NCBI GenBank assembly: GCA_030668875.1 | Contig: DAOVER010000052.1 | Span: forward strand, 1-20,550 | DNA from: Candidatus Heimdallarchaeota archaeon | GTDB lineage: Archaea; Asgardarchaeota; Heimdallarchaeia; Heimdallarchaeales; Heimdallarchaeaceae | DNA: 20,550 nt | Direction: 5' to 3' | Shown here: positions 17,102 to 20,550 of the stretch, in pieces | Layout of the letters: the number at the start of each line of letters is the position of its first letter | Numbering within the stretch: the first letter of the stretch is position 1 | The notes under the pieces: generated by a model | Databases searched by the model: none | Told to the model about the DNA's origin: nothing | Seen by the model: only the letters and a program-made list of their open reading frames with translations | Translations under genes and position numbers: made by a program

Positions 17102-18787
17102 ATGGATCAACTCATTCAATTAAGGTCAGAATACAAAAGCAAGGAATCTAAAAGAAAGAAACGCATTCACATTTTCATTATCATATTGATTTGTATCTTA
17201 CTATTCTGTTTATCTCTTATTCTGAAAAACATCATGTCAGATTGGTACTGGAGTTTTCGCAGAAGTATAGGAGGAGGCTTCTCTTGGAACCAAGTCAACT
17301 CCACAGAAATCTATCAAGCTTGGTATGCTAATGTGTATTGGGAAGGTTTTAACAATGATTTTGGGACGATTGTATCTGTTAATACTTGGCACATTGAAGC
17401 ATATGTTGATGCTTCGTATTATTATGAACCTTATCTTTACAATTTCCGATTTCTTAATTGGAACCCATACGCTGGAGGGGAAGGACCTCTTGCAGGATAT
17501 GCTTATGGACCGATATTCATCTATGGACTATCTTTGATCTCTTTATTTGTTAGTTTACTCAATCCAAATATGAGTAGAACTATCACTGTATCAGAATCAG
17601 TGAAATGGACACATATTGTATTTGATTCACTATGTGTAGTGATGTTATATCTGATTGTAATCTCTCTGAGAGCATTCAAAGATAAAAAAACGAAAAAGCA
17701 CATTATTGGATTTTTGGGTGCTTCTTCGTTAATGCTAATGCCAATAAATCTACTTTATGTGGATAGTATTTATCTAAACATTCCTCAAATGACTTTGTTT
17801 ACAATGATTGCTTTACTTCTCTTTATGAGGGAGAAGTATAAATTATCAGCTTTTATGCTTACAATTGCTTGGTTGTCAAAGCAAATGCCTCTATTCCTTT
17901 TAGCTCCTTGGTTTTTAATAATATGGAAAAAGAAGAACCTAAGAACAGCTATAATTGATTTTCTTTTTACTTTCCTGCTCACCTCATTCATCATCTCTAT
18001 CCCATGGGTGTTTGTTTCTCCATACGATTATTTCGCAAAGCTTTTTGGTCCTGGAAAACCTTTAGCTGTATTAAGTTTGGAAGACGCTTATAGAGGAAGC
18101 ACTGTAACATTAGCGCACACTTTTCTATACCTTGGAAGCGAATCACTAGCACAATTTTACAAAGTAATTAATGATTACATGGTGCCGTTTCTACTAATTT
18201 ACATAATTTCTTTATTAATTACATATTTTAGAGGAAAGGAAATTGGAAAAGGTGAATCCTTGTTCACATTACATACTACTTGGATAATTCTTATCTCTCA
18301 TGCATTTCTTTCTAGAGGCGTTTACAAGTATTATGATGCTTTCATTACACCATTTATTGTGTTAGTGATAATATTATACTCAGATAAATTTATCTGTATT
18401 GTAATTAAGAAATTAAGAAAAGGACCCCAGTTTGCATCTCACAAAGATTTGAAGGGCAATGAAAACGAAGAAAAGACTCAGAAGATCTGGATTACAGCAC
18501 TTCAAGAATCATTATTTTACGTTCTATTTCTAGGATTAACAGCTTTATTCTATTACTTCAATTTCATTATAATAACAAAATCAAGATTCTTGCACCCCTT
18601 ATATCTGCTAATTTCATTTGCGGTTGTAAGCGTTCTCTTTCCACCCTCTATACTCATAAGTTTGTTTGAAATTAAAAATTATAAAATGTTAAAAGAGGAT
18701 ATAGTCTTAATCTTTAAGAGTATCCTTCAATTTTTCAAGAAAATATTTATTCAAAAAAATTGGACAAAAGTAATACTTGAGGATTAA
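17102..18787 (+). CDS. GT-C fold polytopic membrane glycosyltransferase (GT87/DUF2029/PIG-M-like)
   Basis: First TM followed by a large aromatic-rich external loop ending NPY...YAYGPIF, then many TMs with the GT-C style A-x-L-S-K-Q-x-P motif (AWLSKQMPLFLLAPW) and ISIPW. Exact family and sugar specificity cannot be assigned by eye. Confidence 0.65.
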   Translation: MDQLIQLRSEYKSKESKRKKRIHIFIIILICILLFCLSLILKNIMSDWYWSFRRSIGGGFSWNQVNSTEIYQAWYANVYWEGFNNDFGTIVSVNTWHIEAYVDASYYYEPYLYNFRFLNWNPYAGGEGPLAGYAYGPIFIYGLSLISLFVSLLNPNMSRTITVSESVKWTHIVFDSLCVVMLYLIVISLRAFKDKKTKKHIIGFLGASSLMLMPINLLYVDSIYLNIPQMTLFTMIALLLFMREKYKLSAFMLTIAWLSKQMPLFLLAPWFLIIWKKKNLRTAIIDFLFTFLLTSFIISIPWVFVSPYDYFAKLFGPGKPLAVLSLEDAYRGSTVTLAHTFLYLGSESLAQFYKVINDYMVPFLLIYIISLLITYFRGKEIGKGESLFTLHTTWIILISHAFLSRGVYKYYDAFITPFIVLVIILYSDKFICIVIKKLRKGPQFASHKDLKGNENEEKTQKIWITALQESLFYVLFLGLTALFYYFNFIIITKSRFLHPLYLLISFAVVSVLFPPSILISLFEIKNYKMLKEDIVLIFKSILQFFKKIFIQKNWTKVILED

Positions 18788-18822
18788 TTCAGTCACATCA
18801 CCGACAAACCGGCAGAAAATCA

Positions 18823-18830
18823 TTTATAAA
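18823..18830 (+). promoter_or_regulatory. TATA box TTTATAAA with A-rich BRE-like upstream sequence (gaaaatca)
   Basis: Consensus archaeal TATA box 51 nt upstream of the ATG at 18874. Confidence 0.55.
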
Positions 18831-18873
18831 CTCTAATTAACATATTATTTTCAGTATCTATAAAGTGATATCT

Positions 18874-19443
18874 ATGTTTAAAAAACTACGAAAATCAAAA
18901 AGAGCAATTTCAGATGTTTTAGCAGTAGTGATGATTATCTCTTTAGTGGTTGGAGCTAGTGCAATTGTGGGAGTTATTATTATAAACATAGACGTTGTTG
19001 AACTCCCCTGGGATACAGAGGATGCAACTGCAAAGGATGTTCATCTTACTCTGGCTATGGTAAGTAATGAAGATACTGATTTAGATACATTGTTTGATAA
19101 AATCTCTATCTACCTATCATTAGATATAGATTCACCTACGATATACATCAATGATATTGATCTTATTTTACCAACGGGGTATACAGTCGATTATACTAAC
19201 CCTTGGATTATAATTGGTACACCTCAAACTTGGAATGATGAATTTTCAGGGTATGTGGTCCCTTATGGATCCATTAATGCCTCTTTTGAGATTCAAGCAA
19301 GTGATTTGAGCATAAATGATGGGGAACTGGAAGATGGTACTTTAGTATATATTGTTGTAAATTATACGTATATCTCAGATCTGGGAGCTAAAATTCAAAC
19401 ACTCACATCATTTTATCAAAGTGGACTGCTTACAATTACTTAG
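18874..19443 (+). CDS. Archaeal type IV pilin/archaellin-like protein with class III signal peptide
   Basis: MFKKLRKSKRA|ISDVLAVVMIISLVVGASAIVGVII has a short basic leader, a K-R-A cleavage motif and a hydrophobic alpha-1 helix, followed by an acidic beta-rich globular domain. ATG 18874 is preferred over GTG 18865. Confidence 0.75.
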   Translation: MFKKLRKSKRAISDVLAVVMIISLVVGASAIVGVIIINIDVVELPWDTEDATAKDVHLTLAMVSNEDTDLDTLFDKISIYLSLDIDSPTIYINDIDLILPTGYTVDYTNPWIIIGTPQTWNDEFSGYVVPYGSINASFEIQASDLSINDGELEDGTLVYIVVNYTYISDLGAKIQTLTSFYQSGLLTIT

Positions 19444-19573
19444 TGGTATACTTTAATCATTATCTTTTTCTTCACCATGAACGAACAATAAACTGTCGTC
19501 AAGTGAGGATTATTCTTCAAGAAAAAGCAAAAGAAATAAAACATAGTAATACAAAGTCAGCATAGGGATAAAA

Positions 19574-20308
19574 ATGTCAATTGAACCTAAACGAGCTTAT
19601 AAAATAGTCTTAATTGGTGATCCCGAGGTTGGGAAAACATCTATTAGACGGAAGTACATGGGAAAATCTTTCAGGGCTGACTATCTAAAGACATTAGGCG
19701 CTGATTTTGCAGCTCAGAAAGTAAATGTTGAAGGAGAATTAGTACTATTGACTATTTGGGATTTAGCTGGACAATCAATATTCCATGGAATGCGCTCTTC
19801 TTTCTATCATGGTTGCAAATGTGCTCTCATTGTCTTTGATGTAACAAACGCCTCATCATTGGAAAACTGTTTGAAGTGGGGAGAAGAAGCTGTAAGATTT
19901 GCTAAAAACTCCTTGAAAAAAATTTACTTGATAGGAAATAAAATAGATCTAACAGATGATGTAGCAATAACACAAGAAGATGTGAACAAAGTAGTAAAAC
20001 AATTTGAAGAAATAGTAAAATTCCCGGTGAAAACATATGAAACCTCTGCTCTAACAGGTGAAAATATTAACGAACTCTTTGAACATATGAGTAAGAGTCT
20101 AATAATTGGTGAAGATGAAGAAGTAGTTGCAGTGAAAACTGAGACTGTAAACCAAGAGAAAGAGCTGGAAGTACAGATTGATATGAAAGAAATGAGCAAT
20201 AAGGAAAAACTATCTCGTCTAATATCTCTTGTGGAAGATTTAGAAAATAAAATGAATGAAGTATCCAAGGCACTGAAAGAAGTAAAAGACTCACTTGAGA
20301 ACACGTGA
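19574..20308 (+). CDS. Rab-like small GTPase with C-terminal coiled coil
   Basis: G1 GDPEVGKTS, G2 YLKTLGADF, G3 WDLAGQ, G4 NKIDL and G5 ETSAL are all canonical. The ~65-aa C-terminal extension ends in heptad repeats. No CaaX/CC prenylation motif. Confidence 0.92.
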   Translation: MSIEPKRAYKIVLIGDPEVGKTSIRRKYMGKSFRADYLKTLGADFAAQKVNVEGELVLLTIWDLAGQSIFHGMRSSFYHGCKCALIVFDVTNASSLENCLKWGEEAVRFAKNSLKKIYLIGNKIDLTDDVAITQEDVNKVVKQFEEIVKFPVKTYETSALTGENINELFEHMSKSLIIGEDEEVVAVKTETVNQEKELEVQIDMKEMSNKEKLSRLISLVEDLENKMNEVSKALKEVKDSLENT

Positions 20309-20337
20309 AAAATCACTCTTAAAGGTAATTTACTATA

Positions 20338-20371
20338 AAAAAAGAAAATCACTCTTTTTTGTTTCTTTTTT
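20338..20371 (+). terminator. A/T hairpin plus oligo-T tracts after the GTPase gene, probable terminator
   Basis: aaaaaaga (20338-20345) and tctttttt (20353-20360) form an inverted repeat, followed by gtttctttttt. Confidence 0.5.
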
Positions 20372-20474
20372 ATCTTAATTTGTTCTAACAATAAAGCGTT
20401 AAGCTTTAGGTGTTAACTAAACCCACCTTGGTAACAGTTTAAAAGAATGGGTTACGGAGGGTATGTGATTAAAC

Positions 20475-20549
20475 ATGAAACCCCAACGTAACCTGGTAAA
20501 ACTTAGAAAAATTGTAGTTAAAAAGGCTTTGAATGGCGAAAACATTACC
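20475..20549 (+). CDS. 5' start of an ORF running off the window (MKPQRNLVKLRKIVVKKALNGENIT...), possibly a transposase N-terminal HTH
   Basis: 25 open codons to the window edge, with TTTAAAAG (TATA-like) at 20438-20445. The basic amphipathic helix resembles the first helix of IS3/IS481-type HTH domains, but it is far too short to assign. Confidence 0.35.
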   Translation, partial: MKPQRNLVKLRKIVVKKALNGENIT

Positions 20550-20550
20550 C

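Noticed and set aside
20309-20356. 12-bp direct repeat AAAATCACTCTT (20309-20320 and 20345-20356) as CRISPR remnant or target-site duplication
   Set aside because: Only two short low-complexity copies 36 nt apart with no array. It is better explained as part of the terminator region.
17325-20391. Alternative ORFs 17325..17537(+), 17521..17703(-), 17785..17994(-), 19924..20391(-), 20067..20294(-)
   Set aside because: Nested in or antisense to the glycosyltransferase and GTPase genes, with no motifs.
20450-20493. SECIS element or C/D-box k-turn RNA interpretation of the terminal hairpin
   Set aside because: The GAA bulge is on the 3' arm rather than the 5' arm expected for methanogen-type SECIS. 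There is no properly spaced RUGA/GA core, and no in-frame UGA selenoprotein gene in the window.

Overview
Low-GC archaeal genomic window, most consistent with an Asgard archaeon. This is inferred from two Ras/Rab-like GTPase genes, a divergent archaeal EF-2 outside the str cluster, TATA-type promoters and oligo-T terminators; no taxonomy search was run. Left to right: the 3' end of a DUF58/vWA gene; a polytopic membrane protein; a divergent EF-2 (aEF-2p-like) on the minus strand; a tightly coupled four-gene operon (amidohydrolase/deaminase, stand-alone pyrimidine reductase RibD/ArfC, cofG, cofH) for the deazaflavin FO/F420 precursor; a wHTH-plus-membrane regulator; a 34-codon bridging ORF; a 1023-aa surface glycoprotein; a small Cys/Met-rich protein; an Hrq1/MrfA(Sfth)-type DEAH helicase; a hypothetical protein; a degenerate (pseudo)GTPase fusion; a GT-C glycosyltransferase; a class III signal peptide (pilin-like) protein; a Rab-like GTPase with a C-terminal coiled coil; and, at the right edge, a hairpin-occluded ORF start that may be the left end of an IS element. 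No rRNA, tRNA or CRISPR array was recognised. The best lead is the amidohydrolase as a candidate for the pyrimidine deaminase step of archaeal riboflavin/F420 biosynthesis.
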